Notes: generated by a model not told the origin, from the letters alone. 64,000 bases of DNA from Bacteroidota bacterium (GCA_016714005.1 JADJOA010000014.1:740407-804406), one strand, 5' to 3'; shown: positions 33,284-44,441, numbered from the stretch's first letter. Program-made: numbers and translations.

Positions 33284-34365
33284 TCAGTTTTTTATTGCAT
33301 CCCATCCCTGCGCCCTTAGTGTAATGCTGTTGCCGGATTTATCAATCATTACTTTGTCGGGGGTTTCGGTAATATGCCCGATGATGGAGATATCGGCTTC
33401 GGATTTAATTTTTTCGTAATCGGCTACCAGTATGGTGAAAAGCAGTTCGTAATCTTCTCCGCCACTGAGGGCGCATACGGTAGGGTCTAAGTTGAACTCG
33501 CGGGCAAGGTCGTATGTTTTTTGATCGATAGGTAATTTGTCTTCAAAAATTTTGCAGCCTTTGTTGCTTTGTTTGCAGATATGAAAAAGCTCGGATGCAA
33601 GGCCATCGCTGACATCAATCATGGAAGTGGGTTTTACACCTGTTTTATTTAAAATGTGATGCAATTGGCGTTGCGCTTCGGGCTTAAGTTGGCGCTCCAG
33701 GAGATAATCATTGCCGGAGAAATCGGGTTGTATGTTAGGGTTTTCTAAAAAGATTTGTTTTTCGCGGTTGAGCAATTGCAATCCGAGATACGCAGAGCCT
33801 AAATCACCGGTAACGCAAATAAGGTCGTTGTCATTGGCACCGTTTCGGTAAACGATATCTGACTTTTTGCCATACCAATGGCTGTTACAGAAATAACAAG
33901 TCCGCTTTTGTTTGAAGTAGTGTCTCCACCAACCAAATCGACACCATAGTTTTTACAAGCCAGTAACATTCCTGCATACAGTTCTTCAATAGCTTCGAGC
34001 GAAAAGCGATTGCTGATGGCAATGGCAACGGTTACTTGCTTGGGAGTGGCATTCATGGCATAAACATCGGACAGGTTAACGGTTATGCTTTTGTAGCCAA
34101 GGTGTTTGAGGGGGCAGTAAGTAAGGTCGAAGTGGATGCCTTCTACGAGCATATCGGTGGTAACAACATTTACATTTTCTCCATCAAGGCTTAAGACAGC
34201 CGCATCATCACCAATGCCTTTAATGGTTTCGGGGTTTTGTATAGTTATGTTTTTAGCCAGGTGGTCAATCAGTCCAAATTCTCCTAAATCGCTTAACTCG
34301 GTCCGGCTATGTTTATTCTCTATCATTATTTTAAAAATTAGCGGACTAAAGTAACTATTAATCAA
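33284..34365 (-). CDS. thiL: Thiamine-monophosphate kinase ThiL; frameshifted near 33781-33800
   Basis: The N-terminal ORF carries GIGDDAAVL and the AIR-synthase-related N-domain. The C-terminal ORF 33284-33781 carries the matching C-domain (LSGGEDYELLFT). Confidence 0.75.
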
Positions 34366-34445
34366 CTAAACTTTCTCTCTCAAACGGTGTTTGTAATACC
34401 TGTATAAAAGGTGTATCTTTGTACCTGTAAAAGGAATAAAAAAAT

Positions 34446-34772
34446 ATGATTACTGTAACGGAAAAGGCAAAGGAAAAAGCCATTGAGTTGATGGAAAAGG
34501 ACGGCAAACCTGTAGAGGCATTTATAAGGGTGGGAGTTGAGGGCGGAGGATGCTCAGGGTTGTCGTACAAACTGGAGTTTGACACTGAGATAAAAGAGGG
34601 TGATAAGGTTTTTGAAGACAAAGGAATTAAAATTGTTTGCGATAGAAAATCGTTTTTATACCTGGTAGGAACAGAACTTGATTTTACTGACGGATTAAAC
34701 GGCAAGGGATTTCAGTTTCATAACCCTAATGCTTCACGTACTTGTGGCTGTGGTGAAAGTTTTGCTGTTTAG
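34446..34772 (+). CDS. HesB/IscA/SufA-family iron-sulfur cluster insertion protein
   Basis: 108 aa with GGGCSGLSY and C-terminal CGCGESF motifs. Confidence 0.8.
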   Translation: MITVTEKAKEKAIELMEKDGKPVEAFIRVGVEGGGCSGLSYKLEFDTEIKEGDKVFEDKGIKIVCDRKSFLYLVGTELDFTDGLNGKGFQFHNPNASRTCGCGESFAV

Positions 34773-34782
34773 TAATTGATTA

Positions 34783-34974
34783 ATGAAAAGCGAGGAGTTT
34801 AACAAAGAGTTAGGAAAATACTTTCTTGATATTTCAAAATTAATATTTGGTGGAATCGTAATTGCATCAGTCATTGAAATTGAAAATGTATCTAAGTATG
34901 GGTTATTGTTAATTGGAATTTTAATTACCGGCATTTTTGCAACTGTCGGATTCAGGATATTAAAACGTAAATAA
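34783..34974 (+). CDS. Small putative 2-TM membrane protein (63 aa)
   Basis: Two hydrophobic helices; no homology recognised. A second 33-aa TM ORF follows at 34977-35078. Confidence 0.35.
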   Translation: MKSEEFNKELGKYFLDISKLIFGGIVIASVIEIENVSKYGLLLIGILITGIFATVGFRILKRK

Positions 34975-35132
34975 AAATGGATACATTGTATTTCTTTATC
35001 ACATTAGGTTTAATAGGACTTGCGTTACTTGTGTGGACTTTTATTGATAAACCTCATAAAGAAACTCATAAGCATTAATTAATCCTATTTAGAATAACCC
35101 AACGGGTTATTTACAACTATTAAAAAAAGATT

Positions 35133-36575
35133 GTGTCAGAAGATTTAAAAATATTAGACGAGGTTACCAATAGCGAATACAAGTGGGGCTTTGTTTCAAA
35201 CATTGATGCGGAGAATGCACCCAAAGGTTTGGACGAAGATATTGTACGTTTTATTTCAGCAAAAAAGCAGGAACCGCAATGGATGCTTGATATTAGATTG
35301 AAAGCATTCCGTCATTGGCTTACCATGATTGAACCGGAATGGGCTCATGTACAGTATCCAAAAATAAATTTTCAGGATATTATTTATTACTCGGCCCCAA
35401 AGCCGAAGAAGGAGTTGGCATCATTGGATGAGTTAGACCCTGAGATAAAGGCTACGTTTGATAAACTGGGTATTTCGTTGCTGGAGCAAAAGCGTTTGGC
35501 AAATGTGGCTGTTGATGCAGTGATAGATTCGGTAAGTGTTAAAACAACTTTCAGGGAAGAGCTGAGTAAACTTGGAATAATTTTTTGCTCATTTAGCGAA
35601 GCGGTTAAAGAACATCCGGAGCTGGTAAAGTATATGAGTTCCGTTGTGCCTTATACGGATAATTATTACGCTGCATTAAACACGGCTGTGTTTAGCGATG
35701 GTTCGTTTTGTTATATACCAAAAGGTGTAAGATGCCCAATGGAGTTGAGTACCTATTTCAGGATAAACTCTGCGGGTACCGGGCAGTTTGAGCGTACATT
35801 AATTGTTGCTGATGAAGGTGCTTATGTTAGCTACCTGGAAGGTTGCACTGCTCCTATGCGCGATGAAAACCAGTTGCATGCTGCAGTGGTAGAAATTTAT
35901 GCGCATAAAAATGCACAGGTAAAATACAGTACGGTACAGAACTGGTATCCCGGAGATAAAGACGGTAAGGGAGGTATTTATAACTTTGTTACCAAGCGCG
36001 GCTTATGTGCTGAAGAAAATTCTAAAATAAGCTGGACACAGGTTGAAACAGGTAGTGCCATAACCTGGAAGTACCCAAGCGTAATTTTAAAGGGAGATAA
36101 TTCTATTGGTGAGTTTTATTCTGTTGCCGTTACCAATAACATGCAACAGGCTGATACGGGCACCAAAATGATACACATTGGTAAAAACACAAAGAGCACC
36201 ATTATTTCAAAAGGAATAAGCGGAGGGAAAAGTAATAACAGTTATCGTGGGTTGGTTAAGATTAACCGTAATGCAACTAACGCTAGAAATTTTTCGCAAT
36301 GCGATTCATTATTGCTTGGCGATAAATGCGGTGCACATACTTATCCATATTTAGAATGCAGTAACCCAACAGCCAAAGTTGAACACGAAGCAACAACAAG
36401 CAAGGTTGGCGAAGACCAGATATTTTATTGCAACCAACGCGGCATTTCTACAGAAAATGCTGTGGGTTTAATTGTAAATGGTTATTGCAAAGAAGTGTTT
36501 AACCAGTTGCCAATGGAGTTTGCAGTGGAAGCACAGAAATTATTAGCAATAAGTTTAGAGGGATCAGTTGGATAA
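35133..36575 (+). CDS. sufB: Fe-S cluster assembly protein SufB
   Basis: 480 aa with conserved SufB blocks ([39 protein letters not shown]..., C-terminal NGYCKEV). Confidence 0.9.
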   Translation: MSEDLKILDEVTNSEYKWGFVSNIDAENAPKGLDEDIVRFISAKKQEPQWMLDIRLKAFRHWLTMIEPEWAHVQYPKINFQDIIYYSAPKPKKELASLDELDPEIKATFDKLGISLLEQKRLANVAVDAVIDSVSVKTTFREELSKLGIIFCSFSEAVKEHPELVKYMSSVVPYTDNYYAALNTAVFSDGSFCYIPKGVRCPMELSTYFRINSAGTGQFERTLIVADEGAYVSYLEGCTAPMRDENQLHAAVVEIYAHKNAQVKYSTVQNWYPGDKDGKGGIYNFVTKRGLCAEENSKISWTQVETGSAITWKYPSVILKGDNSIGEFYSVAVTNNMQQADTGTKMIHIGKNTKSTIISKGISGGKSNNSYRGLVKINRNATNARNFSQCDSLLLGDKCGAHTYPYLECSNPTAKVEHEATTSKVGEDQIFYCNQRGISTENAVGLIVNGYCKEVFNQLPMEFAVEAQKLLAISLEGSVG

Positions 36576-36592
36576 AAAATTGAAAATAAGAG

Positions 36593-37347
36593 AATGTTAC
36601 ATATAAAAATTTACACGCAAGGGTTGAGGAGAAACAAATCCTGAATGGATTAAATTTAGATGTGAAGCCCGGGGAGGTTCATGCCATCATGGGTCCTAAC
36701 GGAAGTGGTAAGAGTACACTTGCATCAGTTATTGCAGGCAGAGAAGATTACGAAGTTACTGAAGGAGAAATAATTTTTTTAACGGAGAAAATGTTCTCGA
36801 ACTGGCTCCGGAAGAACGCGCACAGAAAGGAATGTTTCTTGCATTTCAATACCCGATAGAAATTCCAGGGGTAAGCAATGCAACTTTTTTGAAAGAGTCA
36901 GTTAATGCCATTCGTAAAGCAAACGGTAAAGAACCGCTTGATTCAAAAGAGTTTTTAAAGCTGATGAAAGAGCGTATGCAATTGGTAGAAATGGATAAAG
37001 CTATGACACAGCGCAGTGTTAACGAAGGATTTAGCGGAGGAGAGAAAAAGCGCAATGAAGTTTTTCAGATGGCAATGCTGGAACCTAAGCTTTGCATTAT
37101 GGATGAAACAGATTCGGGATTGGATATTGATGCCTTACGAATTGTTGCCAATGGTGTTAATGCACTTAGAAATAAAGAGCGTTCGTTTGTAGTTATAACT
37201 CACTACCAGCGTTTGCTTGATTATATAGTTCCTGATTTTGTGCATGTGTTGTACAAAGGGCGAATAGTAAAAAGCGGTGATAAAAATCTTGCGCTTGAGT
37301 TGGAAGAAAAGGGATATGATTGGATTAAAGAGGAAGTTGTAGTATAG
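36593..37347 (+). CDS. sufC: Fe-S cluster assembly ATPase SufC; two homopolymer frameshifts (A5 run near 36605, T7 run 36774-36780)
   Basis: MLHIK|[39 protein letters not shown] (Walker A) then GEIIF|[25 protein letters not shown]..., the ABC signature FSGGEKKR, Walker [12 protein letters not shown] and the H-loop ITHY. Confidence 0.85.
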
Positions 37348-37358
37348 ATTATTGTATT

Positions 37359-37574
37359 ATGAAAGAAAAAAAAACGCGCAAAGGATTTGAAACAGTGGGA
37401 ACCATAAAATCAAAGGAGGAATGGGATGAGTTAGATACCTTTTGGGCGGATAAAACGTATGCCGAACGTCTTGAAGCGGTTACTTTTCTGGTTCATTCTT
37501 ATATTGGAGAAAATTGGCGAAATGCAAAAATTGATTTTTCAGTAGTTGGCAACAGAAATGCAAATAGACCCTAA
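37359..37574 (+). CDS. Hypothetical small protein (71 aa) preceding the nucleotidyltransferase gene
   Basis: Open frame directly after sufC. It overlaps the next ORF by about 17-29 nt. No recognisable motif. Confidence 0.35.
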   Translation: MKEKKTRKGFETVGTIKSKEEWDELDTFWADKTYAERLEAVTFLVHSYIGENWRNAKIDFSVVGNRNANRP

Positions 37575-38022
37575 TCTTTTTGATTTTGTTGTATTGTTGA
37601 ACAGGCACGGTGTAAGGTATTTAATTGTGGGTGGTTATGCTTTGGGGTTTCATGGTGCTCCTCGTTACACCGGAGATTTTGATATTTGGATAGATGTTTC
37701 GGAAGAAAATGCTGATAAGATGATGTTAGTTTTGAATGAGTTTCCTGCTCCAAAAGGATTTTTTACAAGAGATGATTTTTTGGATAAGGCCCCAATGGCA
37801 GGTAAATTTTTTGGAATTAGTCCGTTAAGAATTGATATATTAAATTCTGTAAGCGGAATCAATTTTAAGGAATGTTATGGAAGAGCAGGGGACTATGAAA
37901 TTAATGGTGAAAAAATCAGATTTTTGTCTTATGAAGATTTTGTGGCAAATAAAACAGCTTCTGGAAGATTAAAAGATTTAGCAGATATTGAAGAATTAAG
38001 AAAAAACCGAAAAGAAAAATAG
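37558..38022 (+). CDS. Pol-beta-superfamily nucleotidyltransferase-fold protein (AbiEii/DUF6036-like, about 155 aa)
   Basis: N-terminal LIVGGYALGFHGAPRYTGDFDIWID (GG-x-A...G-x-x-R-x-T-x-D-x-D NTase motif). C-terminal ...GRLKDLADIEEL resembles the R-x-x-D-x-x-D-L block of AbiEii-type proteins. Confidence 0.6.
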   Translation: MQIDPNLFDFVVLLNRHGVRYLIVGGYALGFHGAPRYTGDFDIWIDVSEENADKMMLVLNEFPAPKGFFTRDDFLDKAPMAGKFFGISPLRIDILNSVSGINFKECYGRAGDYEINGEKIRFLSYEDFVANKTASGRLKDLADIEELRKNRKEK

Positions 38023-38025
38023 AAC

Positions 38026-39297
38026 GTGTGTACCGTAGCATTAAATCAGTTTGAAGAATTGCGTTCGCAAAGTTTGGCATCGTTTAAACTTCAGGGAATT
38101 CCTTCTTCCAAAAACGAAAATTATAAATACACCAACCTTGCTGGTAAGTTTAATGTAAATGATTTGCTTGCTGATTCAATTACTGTTGGAGTTAATCCTG
38201 ATGCAATTTTCTCGCGTCTGCCTTTTTTAACTGACGCAAACAGAATTGTTCTTGAAAATGGAATTTGTTGCGAATCATTAAATCAGCTTAAAGATTTACC
38301 GAAGAGTGTAAACATTAGTTGTTTTTCGGAGTGCGAAACAAATTCCGTTTTTAAACAACATTTCTCAAAATATGTTGATGCAAAAAACCATTCGCTTGCT
38401 GCTTTAAATTCTGCACAAATGACGGATGGCATTTTTATAGAAATTGAAAACAATGTAGTGCTTGACCATCCTCTTTTTATCGTGAATGTGGCTACCGGAA
38501 ACAACACTATTGCACATCCGCGTACTTTAATCTTTGGCGGGAAAAACTCTAAAGCATCCGTATGCTTTATTACACTTAATTTATCCGATGACGATAAAAC
38601 CTTTACCAATGCAGTACACGAAATTATAGTTATGGAAAATGCTTCCATTGAGTTTGATTTTTTTCAAATGGATGGCGAAAACGCAACCCAGGTATCACAC
38701 ACCTATTCTTACCAAAAAAGAGATTCTGTTTTCAGCATTAACACCATTACCCTTGGCGGAAAATTAATTCGCAACAATTTAAACATGATGTTGGATGATG
38801 TTAACTGTCTTACTCACTTAAACGGATTATATATTGGAAATAAGAAACAACACATAGATAGCCAGACTTCTGTTTATCATGCAAAACCCAATTGCCAGAG
38901 TAATGAATTGTACAAAGGCATATTGGATGATGAATCAACTGGTGTGTTTAACGGACGAATTCATGTTTTTAAAGATGCTCAGAAAACAAATGCTTACCAA
39001 AGCAATAAAAATGTATTGCTGAGTGATAAAGCAAATATGTATGCCAAGCCTCAGCTTGAAATTTATGCCGATGATGTAAAATGTTCGCATGGAGCTACTA
39101 CCGGTCAGTTAGATGATGATGCATTGTTTTATTTGCGTGCGCGCGGCATTAATGCCCACGATGCAAAAGCGCTTTTGAACTTTGCTTTTGCAGGTGATGT
39201 AATTGAAAAGGTAAACATCCCTGATTTAAAAGAATTTCTTTTAAAGCTGATTGCGGAAAAATTACATTCAAATGTAGAGTTTGAAATTTTTGACTGA
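38026..39297 (+). CDS. sufD: Fe-S cluster assembly protein SufD
   Basis: 423 aa with SufB/D-family C-terminal beta-helix blocks (LLSDKANMYAKPQLEIYADDVKCSHGATTGQLDDDALFYLRARGI). Confidence 0.85.
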   Translation: MCTVALNQFEELRSQSLASFKLQGIPSSKNENYKYTNLAGKFNVNDLLADSITVGVNPDAIFSRLPFLTDANRIVLENGICCESLNQLKDLPKSVNISCFSECETNSVFKQHFSKYVDAKNHSLAALNSAQMTDGIFIEIENNVVLDHPLFIVNVATGNNTIAHPRTLIFGGKNSKASVCFITLNLSDDDKTFTNAVHEIIVMENASIEFDFFQMDGENATQVSHTYSYQKRDSVFSINTITLGGKLIRNNLNMMLDDVNCLTHLNGLYIGNKKQHIDSQTSVYHAKPNCQSNELYKGILDDESTGVFNGRIHVFKDAQKTNAYQSNKNVLLSDKANMYAKPQLEIYADDVKCSHGATTGQLDDDALFYLRARGINAHDAKALLNFAFAGDVIEKVNIPDLKEFLLKLIAEKLHSNVEFEIFD

Positions 39298-40548
39298 TGA
39301 CAACTACAGAGGTTTTATCTAACTTAAAATTTGATGTAACCAAAGTAAGAAAAGACTTTCCTATTCTTTCCGAAAGAGTTTACGGCAAACCGCTTATCTA
39401 TTTTGACAATGCCGCCACATCACAAAAACCTAAACAGGTAATTGATACCTTGGTAAATTACTATTCATCTTATAATGCTAACATTCACAGGGGTGTTCAT
39501 TTTCTTTCCCAAAAAGCATCCCAGGCTTATGATGATGTAAGAAAGAAAGTTCAGGATGTTATTGGAGCAGAAAGTGAAGAAGAAATTGTTTTTACCCGCG
39601 GCACAACTGAATCTATAAACCTTGTTGCTTCAAGTTGGGGGCGGAAAAATTTGAATGAAGGGGATGAAGTAATCATCACGGCAATGGAACATCACAGTAA
39701 CATCGTTCCCTGGCAATTGATTTGCGAAGAGAGAAAAGCCGTATTAAAAGTAATTCCCATGAACGATAATGGAGAATTGCTTTTAGAGGAATTTAAAAAA
39801 CTGCTTGCTGCAAAAACAAAAATGGTTGCAGTGGTTCATACCTCAAATTCGCTTGGAACTGTTAATCCTGTTAATGAAATAATAGAGATTGTAAGAAGTA
39901 AATCAAATTCTTTAGTGCTCGTGGATGCAGCGCAGGCAGTTGTTCACGAAAAATAAATGTGCAGGAGTTTGATTGTGATTTTCTTGCTTTCTCCTCTCAC
40001 AAATGCTTGGACCAACTGGTGTTGGCGTGTTGTATGGTAAACAAAAATTGCTTGAAGAAATGTCGCCCTACCAGGGTGGGGGTGATATGATTAAGTCCGT
40101 TTCATTTTCTAAGACCACCTACAATGACATTCCATTTAAGTTTGAAGCCGGTACCCCTAACGTAGCTGATGTAATTGCTTTTGGCGCTGCAATTGATTAC
40201 TTAAATTCAATTGACAGAAATGCTGCACTGCAACACGAATTAAATCTTGCAAAATATGCCGAACAAAAACTTTTAGAAATTGATGGAGTAAAATTAATTG
40301 GTACAGCAAAAAATAAAACGAGTGTAGTTGCTTTTATTATTGATGGCGTTAATACATTGGACGCAGGAATGTATTTAGATACGCTCGGTATTGCTGTACG
40401 CACGGGGCACCATTGCACCGAGCCTGTTATGGAGCGCTTTAAAATTTCTGGAACCATACGCGCTTCTTTTCTTTTTTATAATACGATAGAAGAAGTGGAT
40501 GCTTTGGTTGAAGGTATAAAAAAGGCAATTAAACTTTTGAAAAAATAA
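39297..40548 (+). CDS. sufS: Cysteine desulfurase SufS (class V aminotransferase); two 1-nt deletions in A-runs near 39950-40000
   Basis: FDNAATSQKP, HRGVHFLS, AMEHHSNIVPW, DAAQAVVHEK|INVQEFDCDFLAFSSHK|MLGPTGVGVLYGK (PLP-Lys in SSHK), RTGHHCTEP. Confidence 0.85.
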
Positions 40549-40611
40549 CTTGCATATTTAAACGGGTTGCCGAAATTGAAAATATTCCATAACGATTTTT
40601 TTTCTTATGCG

Positions 40612-40968
40612 TTACATCAAATATTTTTTTGCAACTGTAACAAGCTGATTGTTTCCGCTTGAAACTAAAATTGAAACTGCCGATTGTTTACCCTCAGATG
40701 CATCGCAAAAAGCAGCAAGATCCGTATAACCGTATCTCATTAACCATGCTTTTGCTGAAGCATTTTCACTCATTGCATCAATGCATGCGGCAAGATGCAC
40801 AAAGCCATTACTTTTTAACCATTGAAAGGAGGTTTCTACATCTTCGTAGGCATCCCAGAACTCAGCAAGTTCTCTGAAATTATTTTCTATAAGCCATATC
40901 CGAGCATTATTGTCTCCCCCAATATAATCGCACCATTTAACAATAGCAATGTCAGGATATTCAATCAT
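40612..40968 (-). CDS. Hypothetical protein (118 aa)
   Basis: Compact acidic ORF; no recognised domain. Confidence 0.4.
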   Translation of the reverse strand: MIEYPDIAIVKWCDYIGGDNNARIWLIENNFRELAEFWDAYEDVETSFQWLKSNGFVHLAACIDAMSENASAKAWLMRYGYTDLAAFCDASEGKQSAVSILVSSGNNQLVTVAKKYLM

Positions 40969-40974
40969 TAAAAA

Positions 40975-41522
40975 TTAAAAGTGCGTTTTTAAATGTAAGT
41001 GATTGGCTTTGTCCAGCACTTCCTGGTCTTTCTCTACTACTATTTTATACATGTTCTCAATTACGTGGTAAACAGCAGGGCAACTGGTCATGTTGGGAAT
41101 ATTAACCTCTCTTCCAACTAAAAAATCTGTGTGGTGTATATGAGGGAAACCTTTACAATCGTAAGGACGAATATGATAAATTTTGCACTTATTGTCCTTA
41201 CCCAAAAACTGGCAAGGGGTATTTGTGTTTAGCCAATCGCCCGTTTCATCTTTGTACAACCATTTTTTACGAAATGCCTCAGGGGTAATTTTTAAATGAT
41301 CACTGGCTCTTTTTATATCGGCAGGTTTCCATGTACGTGACATGGTTTTACAACAGTTAGCACACTTTAAACAATCTATTTCTTTAAAGGCAAGTTTATC
41401 TAACTTTTTGCAAGCGGAGTAAGACCTCTTACTTTTCTTGAATGAAGTCCTTTTAAAAAGGTGGTGTACTTCTTTTTATTCCGGGCCGATTTACGAGTAA
41501 ACGCTTTTATGTTTATGTCCAT
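40975..41522 (-). CDS. YkgJ-family (UPF0153) Cys-cluster protein; frameshifted near 41440-41470
   Basis: Upstream in-frame sequence encodes ...CLKCANCCKT, continuing into CQFLGKDNKCKIYHIRPYDCKGFP (YkgJ zinc/iron-chelating motif). The likely ATG (MDINIKAFTRK) at 41520-41522 is in a different frame. Confidence 0.6.
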
Positions 41523-41530
41523 ATAAGCCT

Positions 41531-43031
41531 TTATTCAGTCTTGGTTTTTTTTGTGCGGGTAGTTTTCTTTTTCTTTTCAGAAGTGAGCGTTCGTAAGTGG
41601 TTCACTTCTGTATCTTCTAGAAAGCGCCATTTACCACGTGGTAAATCTTTCTTATCAAGTCCGGCAAAAACCACGCGGTCTAATTTTTTTACATCGTAAC
41701 CAATTTTTTCAAATATGCGCCTTACAATCCTGTTCTTACCGCTGTGCAATTCTACGCCAACGTGCGAGCGTTTATCAAATGCACCATCATAAGCAATGTC
41801 ATCAACCTCGGCAATTCCATCTTCTAACTCTACACCTTTACTGATTAACTCCATATCTTGTGGTGAAAGATTTTTATCCAATTCAACATGATATACTTTT
41901 CTGATTTCGGAGCTGGGGTGCGTTAGTTTTTTTGCCATTTCTCCATCGTTGGTAAACAGCAATAATCCTGTTGTGTTCCTGTCTAACCTGCCTACAGGGT
42001 AAATTCGCTCTTTACATGCGCTTGCTACTAATTGCATTACGGTGTGGCGCTGTTCAGGATCATCCATTGTTGTTATAAAATCCTTAGGTTTATTTAACAG
42101 CAAGTAAACCAAACGCTCGTTTTTTACAATCTCATTATTGTAACGCACCATATCGCTCAAATTTATTTTAGTGCCAAGCTCTGTAATTACTTTGCCGTTA
42201 ACAGAAATTAATCCTGCAGTAATTAAATCATCAGCCTCTCTGCGCGAACATATGCCGCTGTTAGCAATAAATTTATTTAAACGAATGGTGTCATTCTCCG
42301 GCTCCCTTTCAAACGAATGCGGGGCAGGATGCGCCAATGCTTTTTTCTTTTTATAATCTTCTTTACTGAACGGTTCTAATTTTGGTTTTTTTCCAAACGG
42401 TTTTTTGGTTCCTCTGAAATTTGAATCCCTGTTTTTATCAAATGGCTTTCTAAGGCCACTTCCGTCATTTCTTCTGTACGAATCACGCTGTGGTCTGTCA
42501 CCATCATTTCTTCTGTACGAATCACGTTGTGGTCTATCACCATCATTTCTTCTGTACGAATCATGTTGTGGTCTGTCACCATCGTTTCTTCTGTACGAAT
42601 CATTTTGGGGTCTATAACCATCATCGCGTCTGTAAGAATTGCGTTGCGGTCTGTCGCCATCATTTCTTCTGTAAGAATCGCGTTGCGGTCTGTCGGTATT
42701 ATTTTTTTTGATATGATGAACTTGAATTTCCACCACCCCTGTATTCTCCTGCGCGGTAAGGTCTGTCGTTTCCTTCGGCACCGGATGATGGTCTTCTTGA
42801 ATAATTTCTTTCTTCGTTATCGCCATAGCGACCTCTTCTGTCGTAAAAAGAACCTGAACCACCGGCATCAACATCGGTGCTTCCTGTTTTGTGTTCAAAG
42901 GTTTCTCCGCTTTCGTTTTCTGAGCGCGGAGAATCGGTTCTGGCAATACGTTTGCGTTTGGGTCTGAATTTTTTCTGACCGCTGTTTAAGTCATCTTCGT
43001 TCATGGATGTCGGTGAATTTCTGTCTGACAT
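41531..43031 (-). CDS. RsuA/RluB-family pseudouridine synthase with long Arg/Asp/Gly-rich N-terminal extension; frameshift at T8/A8 run (42702-42709)
   Basis: S4 domain (IRLNKFIANSGICSRREADDLITAGLISVNGK) and catalytic GRLDRNTTGLLLFTNDGE. The N-terminal ORF 42699-43031 (MSDRNSPTSMNEDD...RGGGNSSSSYQKK) joins at the homopolymer to the repeats DRPQRDSYRRNDG x6. Confidence 0.75.
42466..42699. repeat. Six tandem 39-bp repeats (13-aa units SYRRNDGDRPQRD) inside the pseudouridine synthase gene
   Basis: Unit catttcttctgtacgaatcacgctgtggtctgtcaccat is repeated with minor variation. It generates spurious ORFs on both strands (42376-42663, 42405-42967). Confidence 0.8.
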
Positions 43032-43079
43032 AGGTATTAAATTTTTATGGGAACATCGCGTTCCGTTTGTTATTTGTAT

Positions 43080-43808
43080 TTATTCAATGCTGAACTCAGC
43101 ATATATTTCGCTTGATAATTTTATTTTTTGAAAGTCTAGACCCGATGGAGTAGGAGCACCTTGACTTTGCTGATCCATCATTGCCATTTCCATCTTATAC
43201 ATGGGTTGCGGTTGATAAACTTGCTGGTTATTTTCACGTATTAAAATTGTTTTACCAACTTTTTCGCCAATGCTCTCGCACAAATAAGTTGCTTTTGTTT
43301 TAGCAGCCTGCAATGCTTTTATTTTTAGATCTCTTTTAAAATCATCCATCTTACTGTGACTGGTGCGCGAAACATTTAAGTTTTGTGTACCCTGGTCATC
43401 TAAATAAGAAGTTAGTTTTTCTACCTGTGCACTTGAATTACATTTGATAGTAAAGGTTGATGTTGCCATAAAATCAGGCTCTTTCTTTTTCTTTCTTATC
43501 CAGTACCATTGATTTGGATCGTAACCATTTATACCATTGATGAAAATATTTTCTTTGGCGATGCCCGCTTTGTTACATGCATCTAAAAAAGATTTGCGCA
43601 CATCATTAATATCAACTTTTTGTTTGTTTTTGCCGTAATATTCCTGAATGGTAACATCAACATAAATTTCATCGGGCGTTAGTTCCATTTCGGCAGTGCC
43701 GGTTACTTCAATTTTTTTTACAGGATTTACCACCTGTAGTGTTGGCGATTGAGACATAGCATTATAGGTAAGCAGTAAACCTGCAAGGGTAGAAAAAAAT
43801 TTTATCAT
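43080..43808 (-). CDS. SIMPL/DUF541-family secreted protein (YggE-like)
   Basis: 242 aa with a signal peptide and a DUF541-like pattern (VEVTGTAEMELTPDEIYVDVTIQE...). The call rests on sequence-pattern recall. Confidence 0.6.
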   Translation of the reverse strand: MIKFFSTLAGLLLTYNAMSQSPTLQVVNPVKKIEVTGTAEMELTPDEIYVDVTIQEYYGKNKQKVDINDVRKSFLDACNKAGIAKENIFINGINGYDPNQWYWIRKKKKEPDFMATSTFTIKCNSSAQVEKLTSYLDDQGTQNLNVSRTSHSKMDDFKRDLKIKALQAAKTKATYLCESIGEKVGKTILIRENNQQVYQPQPMYKMEMAMMDQQSQGAPTPSGLDFQKIKLSSEIYAEFSIE

Positions 43809-44048
43809 AAGTTAAATCAATTAATTGATGCTAAATATTATCTCCTCAATATGTTTATTAGAAAAGCGTTAAAGGACATGAATGGTTTTAAATGTTCTCT
43901 ATTAACGCTGTAAAGGTAAATTAATTACAATACGATTTTGATAGTATGTTTAAACGTTGTAAGAATTTATTGTTATTTCATAGTGATTGATGTTTTTCTT
44001 GTTCAGCAGCAATTTGTTCCTGTTTAAAAGGGATAATTTTAAAACAAA

Positions 44049-44411
44049 TCACATAAACGGATAAAATGCATCTTCAATTAAAACAACCTTACTTTTTCCA
44101 TTAAAAATTGTAACCGATGCAATATCATAACGAACTTCTACATTCAAATCTTTTGAAATCACATAAAAATCAGCAGAATCGGCAAGAGCGCGCTCTTTCT
44201 TTTTTGTAACGGCTTCGTAAGGTTCCCCAAAAAAATTTCCGGTGCGGGTTTTAACTTCAACTATGCTCAGAATATTTCCCTTGCGTGCTATTATGTCAAT
44301 CTCATAGCGCTGGTAGCGCCAGTTGCGCTCTACGATTTCGTAACCATGTTGCAATAAGTACTGTACAGTTTCTTCTTCACCTTGTTTGCCTGTTTGGTTA
44401 TGCTGAGCCAT
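44049..44411 (-). CDS. yraN: YraN-family (UPF0102) endonuclease
   Basis: 120 aa: GEEETVQYLLQHGYEIVERNWRYQRYEIDIIARKGNILSIVEVKTR, typical of YraN. Confidence 0.75.
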   Translation of the reverse strand: MAQHNQTGKQGEEETVQYLLQHGYEIVERNWRYQRYEIDIIARKGNILSIVEVKTRTGNFFGEPYEAVTKKKERALADSADFYVISKDLNVEVRYDIASVTIFNGKSKVVLIEDAFYPFM

Positions 44412-44441
44412 GGTTGATTTTGGATTAAGGTAATTAGGTTA

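Noticed and set aside
34358-34705. 115-aa minus-strand ORF
   Set aside because: Completely overlaps the iscA/sufA-family gene on the plus strand, which has diagnostic motifs. The minus ORF is proline/serine-rich junk.
42376-42967. Multiple ORFs (both strands) across the 39-bp tandem repeat region
   Set aside because: They are produced by the periodic repeat. Only the frame continuous with the S4/pseudouridine synthase domains is meaningful.
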